Positions 52,355-64,000 of a stretch of DNA of 64,000 bases are shown one piece after another. Source of the DNA: Rhina ancylostomus. Lineage: Eukaryota. The stretch covers positions 70,276,261 through 70,340,260 of the forward strand of contig JARFYF010000104.1 of NCBI GenBank assembly GCA_030265395.1. Direction: 5' to 3'. Made by a program: the position numbers and the translations under genes. Below the pieces are notes generated by a model. That model saw only the letters and a list, made by a program, of their open reading frames with translations, did not search any database and was not told the DNA's origin. The first letter of the stretch is position 1; each line of letters opens with the position of its first letter.

Positions 52355-52646
52355 TGTGGTGACCTACCTTCGGGTAAAACGAACCAGCTCCGTGAATGGG
52401 GCATGCGTTGGTGAGGAGGCCGGCCGCAAAATGGTGCGGGGCCTTCTTCTCTGACGGAGAGGAGGAAAAGCCCGCGCACAAGAACCATTCGATGACATAC
52501 TGCGGGCATCACTTCTGCCTGGAGAGGGCAGGATCTGTAACTGGCTTAAAAAGCCAGCGCGGGAAGTTTAAATTAAATCAATCAGTCTCGAGCACAGATC
52601 TCCGACTGCGTTTCATTCTTAGCTCGGTGTGTAGCACCTCGCTACA
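52355..52646 (+). repeat. 5' LTR (292 bp)
   Basis: tgtggtgacc...cctcgctaca, aligns end to end with 55335-55625. Confidence 0.93.
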
Positions 52647-52647
52647 T

Positions 52648-52661
52648 TGGTGACCCCAACG
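52648..52661 (+). other. Primer-binding site, tRNA-Trp type
   Basis: TGGTGACCCCAACG one base after the 5' LTR; near-complement of the tRNA-Trp 3' end (TGGTGACCCCGACG). Confidence 0.8.
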
Positions 52662-55315
52662 GTTCAAATGGGATTTGGACTGAAGATGAGCAACCCTTCA
52701 GCTGTTCACGCAGTTTCCCTTAAACTGCCAACTTTCTGGATGCTGTGGCCCAGACTGTGGTTTGACCAAGCAGAGGCCCAGTTCCAGATTAGACAGATAT
52801 CTTCCGACTCCACATGCTACTATTGTGTGGTGAGCGCCCTCGACCAACAGACAGCCGCCCAGGTCACGAAACTTCATCCTGTCACCCCCGGAAGGTGGCA
52901 AGTAGGCAGCATTCAAAGCACTGCTCATTAGCACCTTCGGCTTCTCACGGTGGGAGCGAGGCGCCCGTTTGCTGCACCTGGACGGTTTGGGAGACAGGCC
53001 ACCGTCCACGCTGATGAACGAAATGCTGGCCCTGGCAGAAGGACACAAGCCCTGCCTCATGTTCGAGCAGGCCTTTCTAGAGCAGCTGCCCGAAGACATA
53101 CATCTACTACTTGCTGATGCGGATTTCAGTGACCCCCGGAAGGTGGCAGCCCGGGCAGGAGTGCTGTGGAAGGCCGAGAGAGAAAGCGAGGTGTCCGTCG
53201 CACAGATCAGCAGGCCATGGGCCCAGCGGCAGACCAGACCAGGCCTGGCAATGGAGTGCGCGCAACCCAGAGGCAGAAGTGAAGGAGCCAATGTCAGTGG
53301 TGTTTCTACCACCAGCGGTGAGGTGCAGAAGTCCACCAGTGTCGCCTGCCCTGTGAGTTTCTGGGAAACGCCAAAGCCAGCCACCACTAACAGCTATGGC
53401 AGCTGGCCACCAAGACAGCCTTTTGTTCGTCTGGGACAAACAATCAGGATGCCACTTCTTGGTTGACACCAGAGCCGAAATCAGCGCTTTACCACCGATG
53501 GGGCGCAACACCTGCAACAGGGAGCCAGGACCCAGCCTCAGGGCCACGAACAGTGCACATTATGCACCTACGGTACCCGCACGGTGCAGCTGCAGTTCAG
53601 CGCCAGCTGGTTGACGTGGGACTTCACACTGGCCACCGTGGCCCAGCCACTCGTGGGGGCAGATTTCTTGCGGGCCCAAAGCCTACTGGTTGACTTGCGC
53701 GGGATAAAACTGGTACATCCCAAGACTTTTCAAACATTCTCCTTGGGCGAAGCCAAGTTGCCGGCCCCACGCCTGGACTCCGTCATGCTGTCGGATAACA
53801 AATTCACCAGAATCCTGGCAGATTTCCCATTGGTTTTGGCACCGCAGTTCAGGGCAGCCATACCCAGACAGGGAGTGCAGCACTGCATCCCAACCAAGGG
53901 ACACCCCTCCCATGCCCGCACATGACAGCTTCCCCCGGACAAGCTCTGCCTAGCAAAGGAGCAGTTTAAGCGGATGGAGGAGGTCCGGCAGCCCATGGGC
54001 TTCCCCCCTGCACATGGTGCCCGAAACAGGCAGAGGCTGGAGACCGTGCAGCGCCTACTGTCGGCTGAACAAGGCCACAACCCCTGACCGCTACCCCATA
54101 CCTCATATACAGGACTTTGCAGCAAACCTGCACGGGGTGAGCATGCTTTCCAAGGTAGACCTCGTCCGGGGATACCATCAAATCCCAGTTCACCCTGAAG
54201 ACGTCCCCAAGACAGCGCTCATCACCTCGTTCGGCCTATTCGAGTTCCTCCAGATGCCTTTTGGCCTAAAGGACACCGCACAGATGTTCCAGCGGCAGAT
54301 GGATGCTGTAGGATGCAACCTGGACTTCATATTCATCTACTTGGATGACATCCTCATTGCCAGCTGCAGCCACCAGGAACACTTGTCCCATCTCCGCCTG
54401 CTTTACTCCTACTTGAGTGACTTCAGCCTCACCATCAACCCGGCCAAATATCAGTTCGGGCTCGATACCAATGACTTCTTGGGCCACCGAATTACCAAAG
54501 ACGGGGCAACTCCCCTGCCTGCCAAGGTAGACGCGGTCCGCCACTTCGCCCGCCCCACCACAGTCAAAGGCTTGCAGGAATTCGTTGGTATGGTCAACTT
54601 CTACCACCGTTACCTCCCCTCAGCAGCACAGGTCACGTTGATCTTTGTTCACCCTGATGTCGGGTAAGGGCAAGGACATTACTTGGGATGAAGTGGCTGT
54701 GATCACTTTTGTCAAAGCCAGAGAAGCCTTGCCAAATGCTGTGATGCTGGTGCACCCCAGAACAGACATTCCAATCACCCTCCCAGTGGGCGCATCCAAC
54801 ACAGCAATCAGTGGGGTGCTGGAGCAACTCATCGAGGGGCGCCGGCAACCCCCAGCATTCTTCAGCAAGCACCTGTGGCAGCCTGAACTCAAGTATAGTG
54901 CTTTTGACTGGTAGTTGCTAGCACTCTACCTGGCAATCCGGCACTTTAGGTACTTTTTAGAGGGCAGGCCGTTCACCACATTCACGGACCACAAGCCATT
55001 GACCTCCGCATTCACGAAGGTGTCCGATCCCTGGTCAGCCCGTCAGCAGCGACATCTGTCCTACATCTCTGAGTACACGACAGACATCCAGCGTATCTCA
55101 GGAAAGGACAATATGGGGGACAATGTGGTATCCCGGCCCTGTCACAGGGAGTGGACTGNNNNNNNNNNNNNNNNNNNNNNNNNNNNNNNNNNNNNNNNNN
55201 NNNNNNNNNNNNNNNNNNNNNNNNNNNNNNNNNNNNNNNNNNNNNNNNNNNNNNNNNNCCACCCAAACAGCGTCTGCCCCAAACTGTGGACTTTGGGAGA
55301 GGTATTGCTGGTTCT

Positions 55316-55331
55316 GGGGGGGTGGGGGGGG
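55316..55331 (+). other. Polypurine tract
   Basis: G-run gggggggtgggggggg 3 nt before the 3' LTR. Confidence 0.8.
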
Positions 55332-55334
55332 TCA

Positions 55335-55625
55335 TGTAGCAATCTACCTTTGGGTAAAACGAACTGGCTCCATGAACGGGGCGCACGTCAGCGAGAAGGC
55401 CGGCCGCAAAATGGCGCCGGGCCTTCTTCTCTGGCAGAGAGGAGAGAAAGCTTGCGTGTGGGAACTGTTCGATGACGTACCGCGGGCATCACTTCCACCC
55501 GGAGGGGGGTGGGATCTGTAACTGGCTTAAAAAGCCAGAGTGGGAAGTTTAAAATAAATCAGTCTCGAGCACAGATCTCCGACTGCATGTTTCATTCTTA
55601 GCTCGGTGTGTAGCACCTCGCTACA
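55335..55625 (+). repeat. 3' LTR (291 bp)
   Basis: tgtagcaatc...cctcgctaca; AATAAA near 55553. Confidence 0.93.
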
Positions 55626-55937
55626 ATATCTTCATTTTCAGTCAGTCAGCGATTGGGTAGTATCTGGAGGAGGCAACGAATTGTGGAGAGGAAAGGACAA
55701 AACTTAAGCATTTCTAATGTTTGTGTCCAAAACAAGAAAGCAACCATAAAAAGAAAAAAATTCTGATATTCATTCACTTGCAAATAATAAAACGATTATT
55801 TTGTGTTTACATTGAAACATTTTTTCCTCAAAGTTATAACAGAAACATCCTGAGCAACGTTATTTGAGAAAGGGTATCCAAAAGAATTTCATTATGGTCC
55901 CATTCAAATAATTCACCATTTTAGTGATTTGATATCT

Positions 55938-56080
55938 TTAAGACCATAAGAGATAGGAGCAGAATTAGGCCATTTGGCCCATCGAGTCTGCTCCACCATT
56001 CAGTTATGGCTGATTTTTTTCCCAACCCCATTCTCCTGCCTTCTCGTCAAAACCCTTAATCCCCCTACTAATCAAGAACC
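55938..56080 (-). mobile_element. Relatively young CR1 3' end
   Basis: taagaccataagagataggagcagaattaggccatttggcccatcgagtctgctccaccattc. Confidence 0.7.
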
Positions 56081-56453
56081 TTTACAACCACTCTCTAGTA
56101 TCATAGCCTCAGCATAAAGTAATGTGAAACCGCAGCTCCCTGCTTTGAGAGCTTCAAGGAGGAAAGACCAACCAAGATAAGATCATGAACCACTTAACCT
56201 TCCTAGCTTTTAAAATGGGACGAGGCAAGGTGGTAAGGAAGCAAAGTAAAATACTGAGCATCAACTCTCAGTTATTGAGAATAGAAACGCACGACAGTTT
56301 TCAGTGTATCAATTTAACTATTGAATCATATGTGCCATGGCTAATGTATCTCAAAGTCAAGAGCATTTAAAAAGACATTGTGGTTTAAACATAATCAAAT
56401 GAGTATTTTTCACCTGATGCATTTAAAAAAAAAGCCAAATAATTTCACACTCA

Positions 56454-56609
<156 letters not shown>

Positions 56610-57649
56610 TCAAGAAAAATAACTTCACAGGATTGTTTCCAACACACTTAAAATGATTGCTCAAACATGTTGATTTTAAGATCCCTCAAATAAAATATAC
56701 TATTTAAGATTGTTAAATTAAAGCTACTTGCACTGAGTGATACAGCATTGACAATGGCTTTGGGTTGATAGCTAATGGATTTTGTCCCATAAAACCAGCT
56801 CTTATTTGATCTCTTAGAACTTTGGTACAACATTACGGTTAAAGGATTTAAGTTATCCAAGCCCATTTTTAAGATTTGAATTGACAGAAGTTAATAGCCT
56901 GCAGTCATCTGAAACTAATTAATCTGATTTACCTGATTTATAGATATACTATTTTTACATATTATAAGAAAAATGAACACTATAAAGTAGGCACACAGAA
57001 TATTTCTAATGAAATAAAAGCCTCTGACCTGCACAACACTAAAATCCATTGAAACAACTTACAGAACCTTTTTAAGTCCTTTTATTAAAAAAAACATCAC
57101 ATTGTTAAACATAAATATTTCGCCTCACTCTACTTGGAGTTCTTCAGGATTAATCAATACAAATGTTTTGAACAAAAATACAATATAGTAATTAATTTAA
57201 AAATTTAATAGGTCTTAGTATTCCAGTTCTATGAGTATCATGGACAAACTCACCCATCTATTTAAGGTTTTTACTTTTATGGAAAAGACCAAGAAAACAG
57301 AATCAAGTAATTTGCATGCACCTTTCTACTTTACCCAGAATAAAACTGGTCTGATATAGTACTTGATGATCATACTTAAAGATTTTGATTCAGCCCTTCT
57401 CTTGTAGTTCCACTTGGTATCATTCCCAGCCTCTATGTCCCCACACTTGTGGTTCTCTAGTCTTAATTCACCTATGCTTTCCCTTCTACTGATTCAATCA
57501 CCAGCTTATCTATACTGCCAGTCCTATTTAACACTACAACAAACTGTGTATTTCAGGAAGTGTAATTTTTACGTTGGAAAACTCAAATAGTTATTATTTC
57601 TGTATTTCTCTGAACCAAATTCAATTTATGGCCTTTCTGTACATACAAT

Positions 57650-58680
57650 CAGATTTACAGCACACAGGGAAACATTCACAGCCATCATATCCATGCTGGA
57701 TGGAAAAGAGCTACCCAGCCTAATCACCCACCTTGAAGCACCAGATTATTGCCCAAGTACAGACACAAGTACTAATTTTTTTTTTAAAAAAGTAATGATG
57801 GTTTCAGCCTACACTACTAAAAAAGGACCTCTACCAAGAAAAGACTTTGCTTTATTTGTTCTAATTCTGTTCTTTCTTGTAAAATTTGTGAATAACTTTG
57901 TTCTTCTTGTGAATGCTGCTTACCTGATGCTATGTCCCTGTGATGTTGCACTGCAAGTAAGTTTTTCATTGCACCTGTGCAATATATGTACAATAAACTT
58001 GACTTTGACCTTTCTAACAATTAGTTCCAGATCCCTACCGTCTTCTAAGTGGATTTTTTCCCCTTCATCTGTAATCCTCCTACCAATAATCTTAAATCTA
58101 TATCCCTCAATTTTTGACTTAAAGGAAATGGGTCCTTCCTACTTGCTTGTTCCAGACCTCTCATAATTTTAGATGCCTCAACTAAATGTCACCTCTGCCT
58201 CCTCTACTTCAAAGAAAACACTAGCTCTTCCGATCTTTCTTCATATCTACCATTCCTAGCAAGATTATAACAGGCTCCTTGCCAGAACAATTGCATCCTT
58301 CTTTGCAACGCTGTGACCAGAACTGCATGCAGTACTCAAACTATGGTCAGCTGCTGCATAACCTCCTTGCTCTTATATCCTACACCTCAGAAAATAAGGT
58401 TAAATCATCCAATTCTTATGTTCTTACGCATGTACCATTTTAACCTTCTTATTGATCTGTCCTGTTATCTCAAAAGATATGTAAATATACACTCCAAAGT
58501 CCTTTATTTCCACCCATTTATTGTATATTCCCTTGCAACAGTGGAACTCCCAAATGCTTTGCCTCAGTTCTCTCGATTAAATTCCATTTGCTAATTTCTG
58601 TCCAACAGATCAGACCATTCAAACATTCCTACAATCTGACATTTTCCTCATTATTCTCAACTGCATGGGCAATTATTGAG
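57650..58680 (-). mobile_element. Decayed CR1-clade LINE interrupted by a plus-strand Rex1-type 3' end (about 57820-58010)
   Basis: CR1-like reverse text on both sides of an insert ending ...tgtacaataaacttgactttgac. Confidence 0.6.
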
Positions 58681-59055
58681 ATCTGAATTTGCTCCCTTAT
58701 ATTGTTTACTCTTCCTGTACTTAATAGTTTAATCTCATGGATTTCTAATCTCTTTAATTATATACATTTAACTAAGTATTTATAGGAAATTTGACAAATA
58801 TATTTCTGACATCGCTGAATAAACTTTGGAATTAGAAAAGAATTTTCTAACTTTAACCAAATTTCTAACTTTAGAATTTTCTAAAAATTTACTGGAATTT
58901 TCTACTGGAACTAGAAACTAGTAAATAACAAGGAGAAATGTATTCAATAGAGTAATGAGATCATGTGAAAGCTCCTTCTTATACTGAAAATTAAGGAGAG
59001 AAAAGCTATCTCACAAAATAAATGCATAATCTGATTTGCCATGTGTAATACTATA

Positions 59056-59321
59056 CAGTAAAACTCCATTAATCCAGCACACATGGCACCGAGCTGCTGC
59101 AAGGTTCAAGCAAGCACAGATATCAAGGCTCCCACCAATTTGAAGGGAGTGCAGAACACAGGCCCTGGTGAATTTAAGGACAGCGTTGGAAACAGAGCCT
59201 GTAAGTTTAAATAGGGGGCAGGAAATGGGGCCTCAGTTTAAATGGAACATGGGAAACATCACCCAGTGAGCCAGGTATCAAACCATTGCAATTTCCAAAT
59301 GAATGGATTGTAATTTTACTG
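59056..59321. mobile_element. Non-autonomous pogo/Tigger-like DNA element (MITE) with internal degenerate tandem units
   Basis: Left end ta|CAGTAAAACTCCATTAATCC; right end GGATTGTAATTTTACTG (imperfect inverted terminus); about four units of roughly 33 bp of the form tttaa.gg....g.ggaaaca.ggcc. Confidence 0.55.
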
Positions 59322-62149
59322 TTTATAAAATACCTCAACAGATTTTCTTTGGCATTACTCCAGTGCATCAGAGGTTATTATGCTTTTGCTGTGCCATGGA
59401 GAGGTGGGGAAAAGTGGAGAGTTTATTTTCTAGATTCACTCACTGGATACAGCTATCACTGGCATGGCTAGCATTTGTTGTCCATCCCTAGTTGTTCCTG
59501 AGATGCTTGAGAGGCAATTTCTGAAGATTGTTTACAGGGTCAACCACATTGCTATTGGTTTGGGATTCTGTCAGGAGTTTCTTCTTTGAAGGACAACTAT
59601 ATAGGTTTTATCCACAGAGCAAGTCATATCACAGTCACCATTAATGATATTATTCCAGTTTTACTTAATTGAATGTAAATTCCCCAGCTACAAAGGTGGC
59701 ATTGAAGTTTCTGATCATTAGTTCTGACCTTCGGATATCAGTCTGATGTGGTCACTAAACTACTACATTTGCTTAAATCTGGAAGAAAGAAAACTGTCTG
59801 TAATAGATTGATCTTAATCACAACATAAACCAGGGTATTTTTTGCTTAATTGGAAATTTAGATCCTTTCTGTCTGTTAACAGTTGCTTAAAAGGCAGCTA
59901 TTTAATACTATCTTCTGTGAAAGAACTCTCTTAGCTTAGTGTGGGCAAAGGTGAGAAATACAAAACCTGCACTAGTTTAATATAAATTTGATGATGACAA
60001 TGTTCTGTGGTGAGATAGATAAAAGGTATTTTAAAAACAGGACAAATGCCTCACAAGTAATAAGAGACAAAGGATTACAGTGACAATAGCTTGAACTGAA
60101 AGGATTTGGAAGTGATCATTTATTATACTCAAATACTTGGCAATGTTAATTCAGTTGCTGTTAAACATGCAGTAAATGATAACTGATACTAACTGTGCAG
60201 AGAACAGAACAACATTGGAGTGCAGGTACAAAGATCCCTCATGGTGATAGAGCTGTTGAGGCAGCAGGAAGAGAGGGATGTAAGAGTTTGAGATCTGACA
60301 GAGGATTGCTATCTGATGTCTGTTAGTCAAAAGTAGCCTGCAAAGCTGTTGTGATATTTTTTTGAAAGTTCTCATTCCCCACTGGCATGTATGATTTTAT
60401 GCATTCATGATGATTAACTGACAGACCAAAAAAAACATTTACATCATGGCCCAGAATTAACCTAGAACAAGTATTTTAAGCTTGTTTTGAAATAGTCGAT
60501 GTAAATGAAGTATTCCATTCAGATTTGCAATTTATTATTTAATCAAAATCATATGGGTCTCAAATGATATAGGCAATTAAGTTATGCTTGTTTGGATGGT
60601 AAAATGTGGTTACAAGTAACAAGGCTTAATGACATTGGACAATAATTTCCTTCCGGTTTCATGCAGAATAGACTGGGTTAGAAGGCAAAGCACATTATTA
60701 TCAACTCTCAACCAAATGGCTTCTGAATCTGCAATGTGTCATGGCAAGTCCATTTCCTTCTCAATCATTCAAATATATTTTTGAATTCTGTTAATTTTGC
60801 AATGGTTAATAGACAAATCACCATTTTGCCCTGCTGAATGTGCTTGCTTATGATGTAATTACGTGCACAGATATCAAGTTCTGTGTAAGGAAGCAGATTT
60901 TACCAATTTTATTGACCAGTAACTGGTTGAAAAAGAATCCGTGCAATCAGATCCTGACTTGAGGTGCAGCCCAGTGCAGAATATTGTTTATTCCCTTTGT
61001 GATTTTGAAGCAATTTTATATACAATGATTTCTTAAGGAGGTCATGCATAAATCTTCAATTTAAAAGTAGATGCTATGGTACCTATGTGCTTGGAACATT
61101 TGTGGATGACTTACAAAGTCACTTTGGTATGGCTCAAAAGGCACTACCCCACTTGAAATATCACAACTGAATGACAGTGTATGAAACAGGAACATACATC
61201 ACACAAGGTGTGACACTCTATTGACTTCGTCTAGTTTGCATGGAGGTAAAATTACAGATTTTGCAAAAGAAACCACCCAAACTGAACGTTAACAAGATAC
61301 AATGAATGAAGGAACATGCAAGTGGAAAACTGAGTGAAAGGAAAGAACATAGATCAAGGAGAGAAGGGAAGCAAGAAGGATTAGGGTGAATACAAATATG
61401 TTAATAAAAAAAATAACTCAGAAGGCAAAGAGTAACTAAAGAGTTAATTCATGGATTATGAAATATAAAAAGTCAGCGTTGGAATAAGCCCCTTAAGGAG
61501 TGGTAAGATAAGATCAGGATTTTTAAAAAATGCCTGCAATGACATAAGAGAAGAAAAATTAATCTTTTATTATTAGGGAAATAGTCAAGCTGACTTGACA
61601 TAAGAAGATGAGGCTGGAAATGATATCCTCATTTAAAACAGACAGGTGAAATATTAAATAAACTGAACAAATAAGGATAAAACTCCATCTAGGCAAATTA
61701 AGAAAGGTGTATATTCTTGGCCAAGGAGCCAATAGTGTGGAGCTAATGGAGTCATTCAGCACAGAAACAGGCCCTTTGGCCCAACTGGTCCATGCTGATT
61801 AAGATGCCCATCCAAGCTAGTCCCATTTGCCAAAGTTTGGCCCATAACCTTCTATTGTCAGAATGTCAAAAGTCAGGATCCCAACTAAACATGAAACTGG
61901 TCACTAAAAAGATGAAAAAGGTGCAAAGCCAGTTCACTGATGTATAATTAATATACTCATATTTAACAAAGGAGTTAAATATGTCCAGAAATTATATCCC
62001 TGGTGATGATAGCCAGTTGCATTTATGTGACAACGCAGTAAAATCTTACAGACGATTCACAGGAGTCTATCAAGTATGAGATTGGATGACCTAAAGCATA
62101 GTGTAGGACATTGGCTTCAAGGGGTCTCATAAGGAAAAAAGAGAGTGGA

Positions 62150-62950
62150 AATGCAAAGCTACCAAGGGCACAGCATTTAAATTTAGTAATGATTAAAAGG
62201 CTAGGAATGGAGAAACACAGATATTTCACATGTTGTTGGGCTGGAGGAGTTAAGTGAAGGATCTGGGCAAGGCCAAGGAGGGATTTGAAAAACAGTATGA
62301 ACCATTTTAAAACAGAAGTCAAGGCATTGTTTAACAAAGAGCTATTGGAGGTCAGCAGTCAGACCTGGTCATGCATATACAGGGCACAATTCCACGTTTG
62401 CAGATGACATGAAACTCCTAGTTATGAGGTCCATATTCAAAACATTCACTATTAAATCCAACAGAGAATTCATTTTTTTTACTGAGTGCTTGAAATATGG
62501 GACATCACTAGGACATTCAAGGAAATATTAGGACAAATGATCAAAGATATTAGTTTTAAGGAGCGCCTTAGAGGAGGAAAGACAATATAAAGCAAGGAGA
62601 GAGATCCACACTTTTAGGCCTTGGTCTCTGAAGACATGGCTACCACTGCTGGAGCAATTAGATTTGAGAATGCTCAACAGTGTAGAAATGGGAGGACCAC
62701 AGGTTTCTCCAAAAGGTAATAGGGCTGGAAGAAAACACAGAACAGAGAGAAGCAAAGCCAGGGAAGAATTTGAAAATAAGGATGAGGATTTTCTTCATAT
62801 ATAATAAAAAGCATTGCATAATTGAGAGCCAATGTAGTCAGTAATGTAGGGCTGCTGGGTCATGTGTTGGAAGAGTTAGGACACATGGAGGTTTTTTTTT
62901 TAAAACCAAGATTGAGGGGGTTAAAAAGGGAAGTCTACCAAAATTGAACT
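62150..62950. mobile_element. Old L2-like LINE 3' remnants; similar pieces at about 6580-6880, 20095-20640 and 35840-36245
   Basis: Recurrent purine-rich motif gg(g)atttgaaaa(c/t)aaggatgagga(a)tttt(aaa) shared between the pieces. Confidence 0.45.
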
Positions 62951-63129
62951 GGTTAACCAACTATTCAATAAAAAATAAACTCCGTAAATAAAAAGGATGA
63001 ATGAGGTCTTCAGGAGTGGGTTTCTCCAAGTCAGGTAATATTATAGGAGGTAAAGATAATTGTTCTTAGTGATGTTGCAAATATTTGGGTTGAAGTATAC
63101 CTTCTTTCGGATAATGCAAACTATTTAAT

Positions 63130-63450
63130 GAGCAATGAGAGATAATAGAATCTCTTAAAAGGAGAAAGAAAACCAAATGGAATCCAAAAATATAACAATG
63201 AATAATTAATATGGATTTCAAAGGGAAACTCTTGACTGAGCAACCACAATTTCTGAGAGGGGTTCGGGAGATGAGACACACAGATGTCATCTATCTAAGT
63301 GTTCAAAAGACCTTAATGAAGGTACCCATAATTTGATTGAATAAGGTTCGAGTATGCTGAGTTAGGGGATAAGTTGTATAATGGGAAGCCAACTAGTTGA
63401 AAGACAAAGGAGAAAATAGGGGTGAATGGAAGAAGACAGTTTTTCAGATT
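63130..63450 (+). mobile_element. Decayed CR1 RT fragment
   Basis: ggatttcaaagggaaactcttgactgag...ttcaaaagaccttaatgaaggtacccat resembles the GF.KG.SC...FQKAFDKVPH block. Confidence 0.55.
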
Positions 63451-63708
63451 AGCAGAAGCTTTGGAAGTGGATTCCTGCAAAGATCACACCACTTTTCACA
63501 GCCCCATAATAGCAACTTAAACTTTGGAAGCAAAGCAAAAAAAAATTAGAGAATGGCATTATTTTTAATTCTACATTGTTTTCTCTTTGCTTCTTTTGGT
63601 AGTGCTGCTCACAATAACGCCTGGAAAATAAACTCACCCACTCAAATAAAAGATGATTTTTCACTTCATCTATAACAATGAGGGCAAAACAATTTAAGGA
63701 TTTACTTA

Positions 63709-63951
<243 letters not shown>

Positions 63952-64000
63952 CTATAATGTATAATGTAAATATAACTATCACATAAATATTTCATAGGTG

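Larger units (their letters stand above)
52355..55625 (+). mobile_element. Ty3/Gypsy LTR retrotransposon, near full length and decayed, in DAPK1 intron 4
   Basis: Paired LTRs TG...CA. Gag starts MSNPSAVHAVSLKLPTFW (ATG 52686), with a Zn-knuckle remnant WCFYHQR*GAEVHQCRLPC. Protease FLVDTRAEIS; RT DRYPIPHI...KVDLVRGYHQIP...IYLDDILIAS; RNase H TDHKPL. Several frameshifts and stops. Flanks atac/atat fit a 4-bp TSD with one mismatch. Confidence 0.95.

Noticed and set aside
52698-54892. Long minus-strand ORFs (229, 146, 131 and 113 aa)
   Set aside because: Antisense shadows of the GC-rich Gypsy gag-pol region.
58820-58925. Short degenerate tandem aattttctaacttt/ctggaa units
   Set aside because: Low-complexity slippage with no regular repeat-spacer period; not a CRISPR-like or functional array.

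Overview
This is vertebrate genomic DNA with several N gaps. The repeat families point to a cartilaginous fish, probably a ray or sawfish (inference). The whole window lies inside one minus-strand gene, DAPK1 (death-associated protein kinase 1). I traced 18 coding exons, equivalent to human exons 3-5 and 8-22, all with GT-AG boundaries. They encode the kinase domain, the CaM-regulatory segment, the ankyrin repeats and the start of the ROC domain. Exons 6-7 are not visible and probably lie in the gap at 46107-46541; exons 2 and 23 onward appear to be outside the window. The introns contain decayed CR1/L2/Rex1 LINEs, SINE remnants and a near full-length Ty3/Gypsy LTR element (52355-55625). The most unexpected item is a CpG-rich, intron-bearing, truncated class A GPCR pseudogene (GPR139-like) nested antisense in intron 20 at 8740-9260, with a short TTAGGG tract about 0.5 kb upstream. 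Also notable are a perfect 37-bp inverted repeat that incorporates a LINE tail, and loss of the lysine in DAPK1's annotated first P-loop. I see no clearly intact novel system. Family assignments and human comparisons are from memory, not database searches.
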